DNA of 60,723 nucleotides, filler included, from Platydemus manokwari (GCA_037951405.1; 5 parts of 5 records of this genome joined end to end with filler, not necessarily neighbours in it); one strand, 5' to 3'; shown: positions 1-15,154, counted from the whole stretch's first letter. Program-made: numbers and translations. Notes: a model not told the origin generated them from the sequence alone.

Positions 1-65
1 ATAAATCGATGGCAAAACGTGATGGCAAATTTTTATTTACAATTTTGTCCGCGAACTTTATTTAC

Positions 66-1960
66 AACCTAATATTTAATTGTTATGAGGAACCCGTGTA
101 CCGAGGAGATAAACTACAACGGTATGTAGTTCAACAGTCCAGTTGAGTCTCGTTTTCTGAATTTTCTGTTTGAGGGCATCATATTTGTTAAGATTGTTTT
201 CATCGGCATTTCTTGGTTCATTGATCAGGCACTTGATGTCTACAAATAAGATAAACTCTTCTGATAATTAACAATTTGGAGGTCAGCTCTGATAGTCAAT
301 CCGGTAAATTGATATGTCTTTTCTCTACATATGATTTTGTCTGATTGTCGATTGATAAATTTCTCTTGAATTCCCACAGTGGTTCAAGTCGATGTTGAAA
401 AAATGAATGGTAAACTGTGCATATTGTAAAGACATGAATTTGGGATTTGAATTTGTATAGACATTTTCGGTATTTCAGATCCTTAATATAGTTCTTGTCT
501 GATCTTGCTTTGTGAATGAATAAGAACTCAGTGATGATTAGACCACCACCAAATATAATTTTCTTCCAAGTTGGGTCCTCCTGTTATCGAGATTTCTTCG
601 GATTTGCCATTATTGCATAGGATTTCCGTCTTACCGTTTTTGTACAGTAACATGATAATGTGAGTAGCAGCATCTTACACTCCCATTCTTGATAAAATAG
701 TAAATATCATTTCTGTTTGATGAATGCATATACTTCCTCAGTATCCAATAAACGCATACGGATTTTGATATTCTTCTTCTCATGGTATTTCTCAAGGCTG
801 CTCAAAGAGTGAAGTTATGCTCTCCGCATCAGTCGGTTGGTAAGACTCTTTTTTGCAGAAAGTGCAGTAGATGATTGTGGGAGATCCAGTGGTTAAGCTG
901 TCGATAAAGGAAACCAGTATAAATTTTGTTATCACAATCCAATGGGGATGTTGGTCTCCACAATCCAAAGTTTTGATAATGTCACTGTTTTATCGGATTC
1001 GATATTATCATTGTATTGTTTTTATGCCGCTCACCAGGTACTTCTTTTGTTGTCATACATTTCTGTATTATGGTAGATAGGACATCCGTGTTGGGATCAG
1101 TGAATCACATATTTCTATAGCTGGCTCTGTTCTTGCCAGGCGCTGTGGGATGCTTTTTCTTTAAACTAGTTAGTGTATTCTTGATTGAGATATCTGTAAA
1201 GATGATATAATTGCTAAGAATGTATGCTTTGGGCATGGTGTTATGTAGGATTTCGTGCATTGTTTGAGTCGGTAATATTCATTTTGTTTTTCGATTAGTG
1301 GTTTTTGAAGTCTTTTATCTTAGGACAACACCCAGTATCGTGGTTTCTGGTGATGATTTTGAAGGCAACGTCTGAAGAAGATTTATGGAGATGTCTCAAA
1401 CATTTTTCAGTAGTTTCTCTGTCATCGGAGAAGTTGTTATGTCCTGGATAGGAATTTTTAGTCTCTCTAATATCGCAGATTCCTTTTATATGATCAACGA
1501 ATTTGGAGCACACTTCGTTAAGTGATATCGCATTTGATATAGCAATGGTCAATTCTGAGGCAAGAATTCGATGTGTTTCTATCCTAGATTTGTCTATTGT
1601 TTTGGTTGGGGGCATAATTATTTGCCTCATTAGTTTTACCTTCTGTTTTCCCTAAATAATTGCTCACCGGTCATTATTTTAGATTATTCCCATATTTATT
1701 CTGAATAGACTTATATTCCTGCATTAGTTTGTCATGTAACCAAATACGCTGGACTTGCTGTCATTGAATATTATCTGTTTGATTCTGCCTGGATTATTCT
1801 TCCCTTCATTTAATGCTTTATTTCTCCAACGTAGTCATCAGATATTCTTGTTTGTATTCTCTATCAGATTTTGGTGTTCTTCAGTTAGGTAATCACTTTT
1901 CGGATCGAGTCATGTAATTTGTTCTTTTTTGATGTCAATCATGATAAGATTCCACTGCTT
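66..1960 (-). mobile_element. Decayed RLE-clade non-LTR retrotransposon (NeSL/Utopia/R4-like) with internal deletion
   Basis: Minus-strand translation, through stops and frameshifts, gives RT motifs SAPGKNRASY, WRPT, Q..LPTD*CGEHNFTL*AAL and MIFTILSRMGV..IIMLLYKNGKTEILCNNGKSEEISITG. It then gives FLFIHKAR, a CCHC-like YRKCLYKFKSQIHVFTIC and an RLE-like RADLQI...DIKC...NKYDALKQKI...VELHTVVV..LGT. Boundaries are approximate. Confidence 0.8.
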
Positions 1961-2139
1961 CGGCTTGTGAAGGATTGGGCATAATATACGTGAAGAAAAA
2001 TTAAAGAACTAACTTAATAATAATTTAATTAAAATATTTTTAATTAATAATTTTAATGATTTAAGAATGCAAGAGAAGATTATAAAGTTTATGACTAAAA
2101 AGTACTCATAAAATTAAGAAGAAAAAGAAACAACAATAT

Positions 2140-2290
2140 TAACACTCGAGGAATTAAGAACTCCTAAGATTTCGTACGATAGAATGCAGGGAAGACCAAG
2201 CACAATTAAAAGTATTCAAAATAAGAATTCAAGCAGGTTTGAACGTTAATTAGATACAGGATCAAGAATAAACGTTAGAGAGGTATAAAA
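2140..2290 (+). mobile_element. Possible LTR-retrotransposon aspartic protease relic
   Basis: LDTGSRINV at 2250-2276 resembles the retropepsin LDTGS motif; flanked by stops, no other domains. Confidence 0.3.
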
Positions 2291-5200
2291 TTCTTAAGTT
2301 CTATCTATAGAGAACCTTACAATAGATTTATAACTAAAAGCAGGTTCACAGGTTGGTTATTTGCTTAAAGATCCGACTATTCTATTTCATTGTATTGTGA
2401 TGTATTTCAATTTGAATTTTGCTGTAATTTATTGATATATAAATCTATACTCATATCATAATATTAATAATAACTTATTTAAATCAATTCATTAATTTTT
2501 ATTCTTGATTTATAATCTAACTTCGTAATTCGTTCGTCATATACTTTTGGAGTCAGGTGTACCAATTCAATATTATTAGTACAAATATATTACAGCTCAA
2601 ATAATCTATTAATACGGTTTCGATACTCATTTAACTCTCATTAATTCTCACATTATTTTCAATTTGTTTTGATCTAAGTTATAATAAATCTAGAAACCGC
2701 GTAAACCCAAAAATATTTAATTTTAAAAAATTCAGGTAAATTTTGTCAAAGATTTAATTTATTGTAAAAAAAGAAATTTGGATACCATTGATTGGTTATT
2801 GGAGTAATATGTAATCTGACGATGTGTAAACCTTTTCATTCCTAATTTCATAATTTTTTCTAATAATTATTGAATGAATTTAAACTCTTCCTTTACTTCT
2901 TTGTCAGCAATCTCAGAAGAATTATTGAAAACGATTCTTTGCAATAATATATCTTTTGTTTGATCTCAAATTGATTTCCAGGAAAACATTCAAAAAACTA
3001 TTTATATATTTTTAATTGAACAATTTTTTTGCAGTAAAAGTAGTAAAAAGTTGAAATGATAATACAAATTGAAAATAATCCAAGTAACATCCGCAATTCT
3101 ATGGGACACATTGTGACGTCCTATATTTTAGAGAATATTTTTTATTCGATTTTTAACATTACATCTATGTATTGCGCTGAACCTTCCTAATTCGTTGATT
3201 TATTGACGTTAACCTTGGCTGAATGATCAATTTGTTTTTAACTTCATTCGTATAGTGATGCCAACAAGTAAATTGTTCGATTTACTTTTGTAAAACCAAT
3301 AAATAAATCAATGATTCATTTGATTTTTGATTGTTCTAATATGATGTTAAAATTCAGTAGATGGGAATACGATTAAAAAAAGAGAGCCGGATATCAAAAT
3401 AATGAAAATTCCTCATGTACTATCAAAGAATATATTTTAATTTTATCCTTAGCACACAGTGGTTTAGAATGTCAAAATTTTACAAGATAATAATATTATT
3501 GTACATTAGTGTGTTAGGGGTAACTGTCAAAATAGTTAGCAATTTTAATCAAATAATTTATGCCTTAAAATTCGTGATAGTTTTCTGTATGTTCTCGCCA
3601 AGCTTGTCTGTGTCAAATAAACTTGATATCCACTTTAATCTGTTCGCTTTATCCAAGACAGGAACAACTAAACAGAAACAGTGCTAGCAGAGCAATAATT
3701 TCATAAATTAAAAAACTTAATATCAATGAAACAGTTGCGAATTAAAAACGATATCAATAAAATATTACTTTGGAAATATGTTACTGACAAATTTTGAACT
3801 TACGAAAAATAAAGTTTATCAAAATTCCTTTTAAAAGTAATCGAAACACATCCAATATGATAAAACATTGGTTTAATTTGAATGCTGTAGCCAAGTTTAA
3901 TATCGGTTATGTCAAAGATCAGATTTGAAAATCTAGTGTAAATTAAGGATAGGAAAAGGTTGATACGGGTGTTATTATTCTGAATTCAAGAGGTAATAAT
4001 GAAGAATAAAATGCTTGAAACTTATTTTCGAGATAGTTGACTGACAAATGAAACAGTTTGTAGAAAACAAATTTAAAATCAATCAAAAACGGTTTTTATC
4101 GATTCGTTACCAATTTATATTGATTAAATGAAATCAGATCTAAGTATTGAATATGGAAAATATTATTCCAATATATAATGAAAATTAAGGAAAATATTCC
4201 TAAATAAAACACCAACTTATAAAAAGAAAATTTGCATTTTAATTTTCAAAATAAAAATATATGGGAAAATAGAGGCCAGTTATAGGAGATCGACCATTTC
4301 AGAAGCTCAAAGAATCCAACGATTTATTTTTATCATTACATTTATTACACTTTTTCAGAGTTAATTGAAAAAATACTTTCTGTGCTACTTGAAAATAAAT
4401 TTGAAAATAGGTCAATAGCATATTTATTTAGTTAGAATATTTATTTAGTTTCAAGGTACAATAACATGACTGTTTCATAGGTAAACAATAAAGTTACTTA
4501 AATAGTATCACTCAATAAATAATATCACTAAACATAAATAAAAATATCATTATTGAATTTTTTTCATTAAATTTTAAATTGATTTGGTGACCCATACCAA
4601 TCACTACATTAGCTAGATATTACAAAACGATTGGATCAAGAATTGCTAACAAAAAACAACCAATCAAATCTCACCGTTCAAACGTATTTATTTATTTATA
4701 TCTATTTATTATCGTATTTACATGAAATAAAATTGATATTTTTTCATTCAGTCCGTTTTGTTCGAAACACGAGTAATAAATTCAATAGCGTTGATAATAG
4801 ATAAAAACAAACCATACAAAAACATGTGTTATAAAGCACAAACAATTAAAATAACCAAAGATATGATTTATTAGAAAATTAATTATTCGATTTTATAAGA
4901 CTTCAATAGAGTATCACAATGTGACCTTATCAGATTATATTCGTGTTCATGGAATTGTTTCTCTGCTAAATCCGTGAAGCGGTCTGGATGGTGTTGTGAG
5001 CTCAATTTTCGACATGTTTTTCTAATAAGTTCAAAAGAAGGCTGTTTAGGCAGATTTAGATACTGGAAGAAAGAAGTTTATAATGAGGGATAATAAGCAC
5101 ATCTTTATAACAATAATAAAATCAGATAACACACACACACACACACATAAATCGATATTATTGAGATATTGGTTTGGAGAAATATTTTTCATTTTATTTT

Positions 5201-5724
5201 TCAAATATTTACAATCATTGATTATTATAATTATCAACTAGCAATCGACAACACCAAAATTCCCAAACCATTGCTACTAAAATCGATGACAAAATCAAAC
5301 ATTTAAATGCTGCAGGTTTCTTTGAATTAATTATAGATATAATAACGTAATATCAATATTAATGTATACCGTGTTTCATTGGTTATTTATAATAATATAT
5401 ATTTCGAAATCAATAATAAATTAACTGTCACTGATTTGTACCGCACACACACAGACGCACACACAGACACACACACAGATATATATTCAGTCTAATTCGT
5501 CGAATGTCATCGCGAATCCAATTATCATATCACCAACAAATCAATAACCATTCATTTCATTTGATATTATTTTCGATACTCGAATTAACCCACTTAATGA
5601 TCTGTCTTATTAAATATCTCGTAAAATGTGATCAAATTTGATTGGCTGGATAGATGGCCATAAAGAATGACATAAGTTATAAAAAGTTCCTTTTATAAAT
5701 TTTATGGAAATGCTTGAGCCACAT

Positions 5725-5850
5725 CTTGACCTCACACCCACATGAAGAATGAAGCTACTCACCATAGCCCATGTTATGCCTGAAATCATTGTCAAGTATT
5801 TTAAGAAGTGTGGCATGAGCAATGCCCTTGAAGCTCGGAAGATGATGCGT
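5725..5850 (+). mobile_element. pogo/Tigger-family transposase C-terminal relic
   Basis: DLTPT*RMK and PEIIVKYFKKCGMSNALE..SEDD match the pogo DDE_1 C-terminal pattern (TPTG..K.P..; IVKSFKKCGISNALDGSEDD). Confidence 0.65.
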
Positions 5851-6702
5851 TGTGTGCAGTGTATGGTTCCAATAATAGTGATGAAGATGACAATTTTCCT
5901 TATTATGGAGATGATTAAAGTGTGTTTTGGTTTATATTCAAGTGTTTTCTACTTGTGAAATGTGCTGCTAAATTGCTTTCACCTATATATGCCCTGCTGA
6001 AATGGGAGTACACCCTATATGCCATCAAATACCGCAACTAAATATACTATTAATAGACCTATTTCTTGATCACTCCATTTCAACGAATACTTCAACACGC
6101 ACATTTAAAGTCATTTCAATTTCTCATCGATTCATTATAAAAGCTATGTCGATAACCAATAATATTTCTCTAATCGATGTTGATCTTTCAAAAAAAACAA
6201 TAATTATTTGACATCACCTGTAACCATTTTATGTGCTTTTCTGGTCGACCAATCAGAAATTCTGAAGTTTGCAAAAAGTAAAGCGCAGTTTCTAATAAAT
6301 AGAATTGAACAATGAATGTTGATTGGTTGATAGGTGCGAGTGACAAGCTAAAGAAAATCAAATCTAAACATTCTAATGGTGATAGTAAGAAATTGAAGCC
6401 CAAATCGATATAGATTTACTGGTGGAAATATCTCCAATGCACTGCGATAGAACGGTTAGCTCGGTCCAAGATAAAGCCACATTAATGTGGGACTGATTTT
6501 CACAATTGTGTTGCAAACCGATACGCCTCTAAAAAGAATCAATACTTGACATGAAAATTTTGAGAAATATTAAATAATTGGCACAATCACGATAAATCAT
6601 AGAAAATACAATTTACATGCTAAATAAAACAAGATTCTTATTATTATTATTATGAATACCAATCAGAATAATTATAAATAAATAAATTTGTGATATTTAT
6701 AT

Positions 6703-7350
6703 CAGTGGTTTTCAACCAGGGTTCTGCGAAACCTTAGGGTTTCACCAATGCACTGCAGGGGTTCCGCAATTTCAACAACGAACAAATAAACAATATGTTA
6801 AGTTCAATTTCAAAAATCGATTTTATTATTATTATTATTTCATTATTATTTTATTAATATTTATTGCTTAAATATACTAAATTTAACATAATTAAATTCC
6901 CTACGTTTGGAAAATCACTTTGCCCTATCACTAACAGGTTTGCTTTTATATATTTTTCTTCCTGGTTAAAAAGGAATATCCTGCAATTGCCCAGAAAACG
7001 CTACAACTTCTTGCGCAATTTTCAACCCCATATTCGTGTGAATTTGGATTTTCAGCTCTGACAACCAGCAGACACAAGAAACGAGCTTATTCATGTGCGT
7101 CTGTCAATAACACGACTGAATCTTTAAAGAGTTTTGCAAGAAACACCAAGCTCAAATTTCTCACTGAGTTTTGATAAGATTTTGTTTTCATTTCATCAAC
7201 AAACATGTACAATACTCTGAACATAAATGCTTTTATTTCATTTTAAAAAATAAATGTTGTTTTCTGCATAAAACATTTAAAGAATTGCTCCTCGAGCCAG
7301 GAGAATGTTTCCGTGGGGTTCTACTCCAGCAAAAAGGTTGAAAACCACTG
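6703..7350 (+). mobile_element. Non-autonomous hAT (Buster/Charlie-type) element retaining the dimerisation domain
   Basis: Perfect 15-bp TIRs CAGTGGTTTTCAACC / GGTTGAAAACCACTG. 8-bp TSD ATTTATAT / TTTTATAT (7/8 match). Internal KEYPAIAQKTLQLLAQFSTPYSCEFGFSAL is an hATC motif. Confidence 0.9.
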
Positions 7351-7721
7351 TTTTATATTATAAATGTTGGTTCAACATCAAAGGAAATAAAAACATTTCA
7401 TTTCACACTTAATATGTTTAATTTAATCATAATCTAATCGTTTTCAAGATAAATGTTGTATTGTTATGTTCGTATGTTGTGATCGATTATGGATTTCTCA
7501 ATTTTTTTACATGAAATCGACGGTGATTTTAATTTGAGATTTACAAACTCGAAACCCTTCAAATCGTTTCAAAGTGTTAAAATCACATTGTGTAAATAGT
7601 TTTATTCGATTCGATTCCATTTTTATGTCGACGTTATTAATTATCTCTTGTTCTGTCACATGCACTGGATCCAAACATACTTTTTGGCATATTTCATATA
7701 ACTTATCATTACATCATTCAG

Positions 7722-10700
7722 CATTGAGGTTATTACGGCCAGCGACGTCTGATATCCAGGAGGAAATAAGCCTAATGAAAGCTGATTTCGAAAGCAATAA
7801 GGATGTTGAGAAGGTATTTTTTATTATTAGCTGGGTTTTTGATGAGTATCGTAAGCATGGAAATATTATTTTTATTTATACTGTTTGTGTGTGAGATTGA
7901 TTAATCCGGATGTGTGGTTGTTTTATGAGCTTTTATGAATTGATAATTTTTTATTCGATTTTTGATGTTGCTATTCGGATACCAATGTGAGAACTTTTAA
8001 AGGAATTAAATTTTTAAAGCTATAATTTAAATCTTATATAAAATATAAAATATCAGTGGCTTACCCCCACCAATCTGATGTTTTTAATGACTCGCAAATT
8101 CATTTTCATACGATAAACACTAGCGATCTTTTCACAATAATTGTTGCATTGACATCCTACTGAATGTAACCATATATAAAAACAGTAAGATTAAAAAGAT
8201 TACCAAAATTAATCACTATCAATGTTTTTACTAAATGTTGTAATGAATTCTTTCTTATTCTAATAATACATATAATAATCTATATGGCATTGATAGACAA
8301 TGATCGCATCAGCAGCTTTACTTAATGTGCTAATAAAATTGTGTTGCTAGAATGGTCTGTTGCTAGAGAAAAGTTAATTGGAATCATGATATCGATTAAT
8401 ACAAAAAGTATCTTTCTTTACGTCAATAGCTTAATCGGTTTAAAAGATGTTTTATATGTAATCGCGAATTAGAAATAACGGCACCTTATTTTTACTCAAA
8501 TTGTCGATAGTATGCACAAAAAATATAATGTTATTCGTCAATAGAATTAGATCACTTATTTCTATTCGACGGTAAAATGCTGTGTTATATTCAAGAAGTG
8601 CCTGGAATGAAAAATTTTTCACTGAATTCAGTCAGTCGATATACTTATAAATTCCAAATCATTGGCACATGTTAGAATTGTTGAATTTCTAGAGAATGCA
8701 TTAAAAATTACAAAGAGTAATGATAAACCCCTTTATTAATAATAGTGACTGAATCTCATATCATCTGATAGAGAGTCTTTTGGCATGGTAAAGGTCCTGA
8801 AAATTTTGAATGGGAAGAATATCTCTACATGGCGACGGACTCGAAAATTAAATTTAACTGAGCGCCTGAATTGGATAATAACATCATTAATTCTTTGATA
8901 TCTTGGAGACCAATTTAAGTATAGTAATATTCTAATTCTCTCAGAAGATTTAGCACCTAATGAGTGTCAAATCAGGAAAGTAATCGAAAATTACTGGAGT
9001 CGTTCCACGAAAATTAAACGCTAAAATATTCCAGTCGGTGCCTAGAACTTATATTGATATACCCGTTTTATAACTTATATATATATCGTCTCAGTCGGTA
9101 TGGTAATATATTCATTTTTTCGATTTCTGCTCCTTCTAATTAAATCAAAACACCATGAATATTATCATATTTCTCTGATTAGAGTTTATTTACATTTTTT
9201 TATCAATACAGTTCTTGTGGTGACATCATTTGACATCGATTCTTTACCAGTTATTATAAATTCAGAGTGTTATGAACATATTTTCATATTTTCTGTTGAG
9301 ACATCGGTGGATTATTTATGACAAATGCTTGATATATACAATTGATATACACTAAATTGATAATTCTAAACACTCTAGTAAAAAAATTACATTTTAATCA
9401 CTACAGATATAATTTGGTTTCAACCAATCACTTTGGTTATCGATTGTTTTTATCTCATTCTGTCTATTATTGAAGAAAATAATGATTGGAAGCGGTTTCG
9501 TGTTTCTCTTACGATTTTTTGATAAAATTGTCTCTTGTAGCAGTGTTTCGAGTTAATTTGGCCAACTATAAACATCCAATCAAAGCGATCGAAATATTTG
9601 CAGAAAGCGACATTCAGAATCGCTTCCAAATTAGCTCGATAAAATTAAAATTAATTTTGTAAAATGTTCAGAAAAAGTCCATAATCAAATTAAGAATTGA
9701 ACCAGTTTTTTGGTAGATAAAACCGTGTGATTTCTGTTCAGTCTATTCTTTTAAATAACTCATTCATATTAACTAAAATAATTGATGAAAGAAAGTTCTG
9801 AAAAATTTCAAAGATCTCATCAACCATATAATAAAGCTAACAAGTTTTTAAGAATGTATTGATTGACCTTTAGAAATTGTTTTACGTAATTGTTTATCAC
9901 TGTTGATTAATAATATATTGATTTATATTGCAAGAAAGAATAGTACTTTGTGCTCTTTGATCTTTCGAGAAATTCCAAAAACAATCTGTTTAGATATGCC
10001 AATCTTTACAAAATGTATTAGCCAAATTTACATATGCAATAATCTCATATTTATATGATGTCTACAAGAGAAATGCTTGAGCAGAACTGATTATCTCAAC
10101 CAATGTGCTTTTGTTATCTGATAAATCAAATAACGACCACCGTTTAAAGAAGAATGAATACATCGAATGTCTCAATAAATTTAATAAATAATTATTTACA
10201 ATATGATAATTTATGGTTAATATTTCGGGAATATGGTATAGATCATCATTTTATTTCAGGTTAATCTATGTGGCATTATTCGAAACAGAACTTTGTTAAT
10301 GGCTTTAATAGTTGGCATTGTATTGCATCTGTCTCAGCAATTCTCGGGAATAAACAATGTATTGATTTAGTTCTTTTTTCAATTTAAAATTATAACCCAT
10401 CTCCATACTCTGTAATTTCTCTATTTGATAGAATCAGTTACAAAATTTGGTATTAAATTGATTTGGTCTTTACAGATATTTTACTATTCGGCCACTCTTT
10501 TCGAATCGGTTGGTATTAGCAAGGAAAACAGTGGATATTCCACTTTAGGAGTTGGTGGCATTATGATTTTGATGACTTTGGTTTCGTTTCCATTCATTGA
10601 ACGATGCGGTCGTCGAGTTTTGCATATTGGTGGTTTAAGCGGTATTTGATTTATCATTCTCTTTTTGATAATAATTCTCATAACAATCAAGGTTGTCTCT

Positions 10701-11809
10701 TTACGTCTGTGTGTTTCACGATATTTTACTCGCTCAATTCAACGGTTTACAGTTTCAACTATCTCAGTGTGATCAGTGCTTTGCTCTTTGTGGCTTCTTT
10801 TGGATTTGGACCAGGTGAGGAAGTTTTTATTATTTTTGTTGTTCCTTATTATTGCGGACCATTATTATTGGTTAGAAATTATAATCTTTTTGATGATCAA
10901 ATAATATTTAACTCATTGCTTTGGATATTTAATAAGCCATTCCTTCATTGTTACAGCGTTATTGTGGCGGATACACTCATGTGGAACCAAAGTCACAACA
11001 GTTTTTGAAATTCAATCGTTAAATGAAAACTAATATTGATATTATTTTTATTAATATTATCATTATTATTATAAATATTATTTTCATATCCAGGCTCTAT
11101 TCCGTGGATGATGATAGCAGAGATGTTCCCTCTAAGTAGTAGATCTACAGCGGTTTCCGTTGGTGCCTCTGTAAATTGGCTGGCAAATCTTATTGTTGGA
11201 TTAATCTTCCCATCACTTCACGTGAGTTGTTAATGTTTGGAAATAGTTTTAATATCTACGTCTATCTTCATCAAATATATATGATTCCTCATCAATATTT
11301 ACTTGAAATATTTCAGTTGTAATGGTTCTCATTTAAACAAAACTCCATTTATTATTTCCATATTGTGACGTGTAATGTAAATGAACGAATATTTTTATCT
11401 TATCTTATCTTACTGATTTGTTTATTTCAAACCAGCGGCGAATAATACCAATGTAGTGTAATAATCAATTGTTCTGATATCGAAATGAAATCAATGGATT
11501 CGATTCTTATTTATAAGTTAAGAGTGTACGATAGGCTACAGTTTCACTAAATAGATTAACCATTATGACTATCATCAATTGAGCCTGTTGCAATAAACAA
11601 CATAACATTGTTCTTCGATTGATGATAGTAGATTTTATCTCATTTTAATCATTTATCAGGAAGCTCTCAAGAATCTGATATTTATTCCATTTATCGTTTG
11701 TCAAGTGCTAGCATTAATCTTTCTGGGATTCAAAATGCCCGAAACGAGAGCAAAGATAGTCGAAGAAGAATCATTCACCAAATTACCGATTCAATCAACA
11801 GCAATGTAG
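7722..11809 (+). CDS. Facilitated glucose transporter (SLC2A/GLUT class I-like), 3' part. Exons 7722-7813, 10260-10358, 10476-10641, 10692-10814, 11094-11221, 11660-11809
   Basis: GT-AG bounded, phase-consistent exons encode ALRLLR..DIQEEISLMK, LSQQFSGINNIFYYS, ERCGRRVL, FGFGPGSIPWMMIAEMF, NWLANLIVGLIFP and MPETRAK, ending at TAG 11807-11809. 5' exons not found. Confidence 0.92.
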
Positions 11810-12084
11810 TCAAACATTTTTACACTTGAATGAATTTGATAATTAAAATTTTCTCAATATTTTGTTCCTTTTGAATTATTTTGCTATTGTTTAATATATA
11901 TAATATTTCTATTCGAACGATTTATTTTCTTATAGATTTCTTCTTTCTAAATAATAATAGACAAAATCCAAATTGGTTTAATAAATTATTCTGTATAGTA
12001 GCAAATCATATAATTATCATGTTACTAAAAAATATTTATTTCAGCAGCTATTTTTGTGTTGGATATTATTGGCACTGTTCTGCA

Positions 12085-12184
12085 NNNNNNNNNNNNNNNN
12101 NNNNNNNNNNNNNNNNNNNNNNNNNNNNTTAATTAATTAANNNNNNNNNNNNNNNNNNNNNNNNNNNNNNNNNNNNNNNNNNNN
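12085..12184. other. Artificial contig spacer
   Basis: 44 N + TTAATTAATTAA + 44 N. Confidence 0.98.
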
Positions 12185-13040
12185 AATAATAATAATAATA
12201 GTAATAATAATATTAATAATAATAATAATATTAATAATAATAATAATAACAATAAACCTGATACCAGTTGACCTTAAATTGATTTTCAGATAAAACAACA
12301 TCATCAACCACTATGATGAGCTAATATCTATTGAGATTATTATGAAAACAAGTCCACTAACAAATAATGAGTTGAGTTGTAACAAGATAATTATTAATAA
12401 ATATAATGTGATTTGCGGTGCCGTTATCGTGTTGCACATTTGGTAGTGTTTATCGAGTTATTTCAAATATTTATATCTCATTATAATAAATATTCCATTC
12501 ACAATATACATCTATTCATTTCAAACAGATCTTTTGAATTATTCGAGAAATCTTTTTTCATAATTTGACATCTTTTTTCTTGATAAAACCCAGTTCATCA
12601 ATCAATCAGACATGTTGTGCAAAACACAGATTGTTGTGTAATAGCTTTCACAATAATGCTCTCTCTCTATATTGTAATGATGCTATTATACAAAGACTTT
12701 GTTATTATGATATGATATCGATTTTTGATTGATAGTCAAGTCAATAATATCTATTATTGAAAAAAACATTTCCAATAGATATAATCAATAGTATAATATT
12801 GATTTATAAAAATAATCAATAATTATTACACATAGAATTTGTTCCTTCTAAATAAGAAAAAATCTTACACAACTCTATGCGTGGAAAATATTATTTACTA
12901 AAATTATTTTTTATTCGGTGTAATTGGAATATTTTTGTTTATTGATTTTATTTTCTGTTTTTATTGATGTGATTGGCTAATATAATAATGAAAATAATCT
13001 GAAAATGATAGGGTATATATATATATATTCAGAGATAACT

Positions 13041-15154
13041 CTATCGATACGATTGCAGATTCCACGTTAACATATTATTATTATCTGAGTCGATCGATAT
13101 AGTAATCTGGAACAAATAGGCAAATCATAATAAGTACTGAATCTTGTAATTTATGTGTGTATGTATGTATGTATGTGTGTGTCATAGTTTTACAATCGAT
13201 TCGTAATCTGTTTAGTTAATATCAGTATAGTGTTGATTATTGATTGGAAATATAATCTTTGATTGGTGAATAAAACATAACACAAAAATATCGTAGTTAT
13301 CCAATGAATTGATAGAATGGATCTCATTAGTACAATTATTGATAAAAGATTATCAGAAATTATTAATTATAAATATTGATATTTATTATCAATCAATAAA
13401 GACTGGTAGTGTAAATATTATACCTCTCTATTTGTACCGAATCCAATGTTTGAGCCTGGTCGTTTAGAACTGAGATGTTCTATGCTTTTGGTCTTACCTA
13501 ATGTCATATCTCTCGGATGTGAGCGATTTAATGAATGCATACTACTATATTGCATTCCAGCTGCAAACAATTCATTCAATATTTCATACAAAAAACCCAC
13601 AATATCACATCAACCTGAATCTAATCCAGCAGGCATTGAACCTATCGTCCGTCGTTTCGTTACGGACCGATCGAATTTCAGTGGTTCATTGCGATTGATA
13701 TTCATGCTTCGATACTGATGAAGGGTTTTGCCGGAATAATTATATTTTGAAGCTGCCGTTGGAATCATTCGGGGCATTTGTTTCAAATTTTGTGGTTCTT
13801 TCATACGAAAAAATGTGTGTTGCTCGACAGCATTCTTCCATAAACGCTTGGCTAAATTATGATTGAAGAGTTTGAATCCGACGATCGCTACAGAATCGTC
13901 ATACTAATTAAAACATAAATTAATCAATCGATATATGCAATATAAATCAATAATTACTCGATCTGATCGAATCTTCAAATAGAAGTAATTCTTCTTGTAA
14001 GATATGCGTAACACTTTCGGCCAAGCAAACCTACCGATTCTGAGCCTATCCCTATAAATAAGCACTCCTTGATAACAGACCCCAATGAAGATCTCCACAT
14101 CATCATTATCTCTGGCAGGATGAAGATCGACACCGTATTGTTCGAGTCTTTTAGCTGTTTCTAAATATTTTACATCAGCTTTATCTGGTGGCATGTTGAT
14201 GTGCTTTTTGTGCAATTCAGCGATCTTCTCCAACAGTTGATCGCTCTGATTAAGTACAAATTCGAATTCGCGCAAATATTCGATACCATCGCCATGTTCT
14301 AATTCATCATAATCTCCAAGCTCCGATTGGACCATAAATGATCCCAGCAATGCTTGAGTTATCCATGAGCATGGCAGTTTTCCTGTGAACACATCCTGAC
14401 GGACTTGTAAGCTTAGCTGATATCTTGTAATATCTTCCTGCAGGAGCACAGGTTCAGGAGGATAGAATTTTACTTGGAAGTTGAAAACCCAATCGTCACT
14501 ACCTAAATTCGATCAGCAAATAATAATTTCATCTGATTTTTCATTGGACAAATTTTGACCAATAATTATCAACTGGACCAATGGAATTAAGATTTGATGG
14601 ATAATAATGACAGTAGTGTGTGCATGATTTACTAATCAATATATTGGATTGTCATGAATAGAAATGATATTTCACAAATACTCTCACTCAAATTATTAAA
14701 GGCACAAATCACGTGGACTACTCTATTAGCTTGACATAAAAATTTTAATGAAAGATATAATTTGAATTTCTTTAAACGAATCAATACCATGGTAACGGTT
14801 AATATCATGCCCCCATAATATAAATTAAATACAAATAAAGAAAGCTAACTCGTTAATTGTTTGGAAATTTTCTTCTCCATTTCTAACCAAAACTGAAAGA
14901 GCGAGAGAAAGATCGTGATTATTGATCGAATTAAAAAATAATCAAAAAACCAACCCATGTTTGCAATTTAGCATTGACATAAGTCATTCCGAAAAAATCT
15001 TTCTCGATCAAGTCGAGATAAGTGCAAACCTGATCAAACAAATCTTTTCCTAACATTTTCGAATTCATGTCGAATTCGACCTCCATACCATCGAGCAAGA
15101 TTACATTGGCTTTTTGGAATGTGAAATCTCTGGACGATTTGCCTTTGTTTTTTC
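13041..15154 (-). CDS. Band 4.1/coracle-like FERM + FERM-adjacent protein, 5' incomplete. Exons 15154-14955, 14892-14850, 14502-13958, 13903-13615, 13560-13424, probable last exon 13106-13041
   Basis: Spliced translation: VILLDG..GKDLFDQVCTYLDLIEKDFFG, FWLEMEKKISKQL, FQVKFYPPEPVLLQEDITRYQL, ALLGSFMVQSELGDYD, YGVDLHPA, FAWPKVLRISYK, KRLWKNAVEQHTFFR, SKYNYSGKT. GT-AG junctions and phases are consistent. Confidence 0.93.

Noticed and set aside
12129-12140. Recurring TTAATTAATTAA palindrome as a biological repeat or array
   Set aside because: Always centred in N44 padding; artificial linker.
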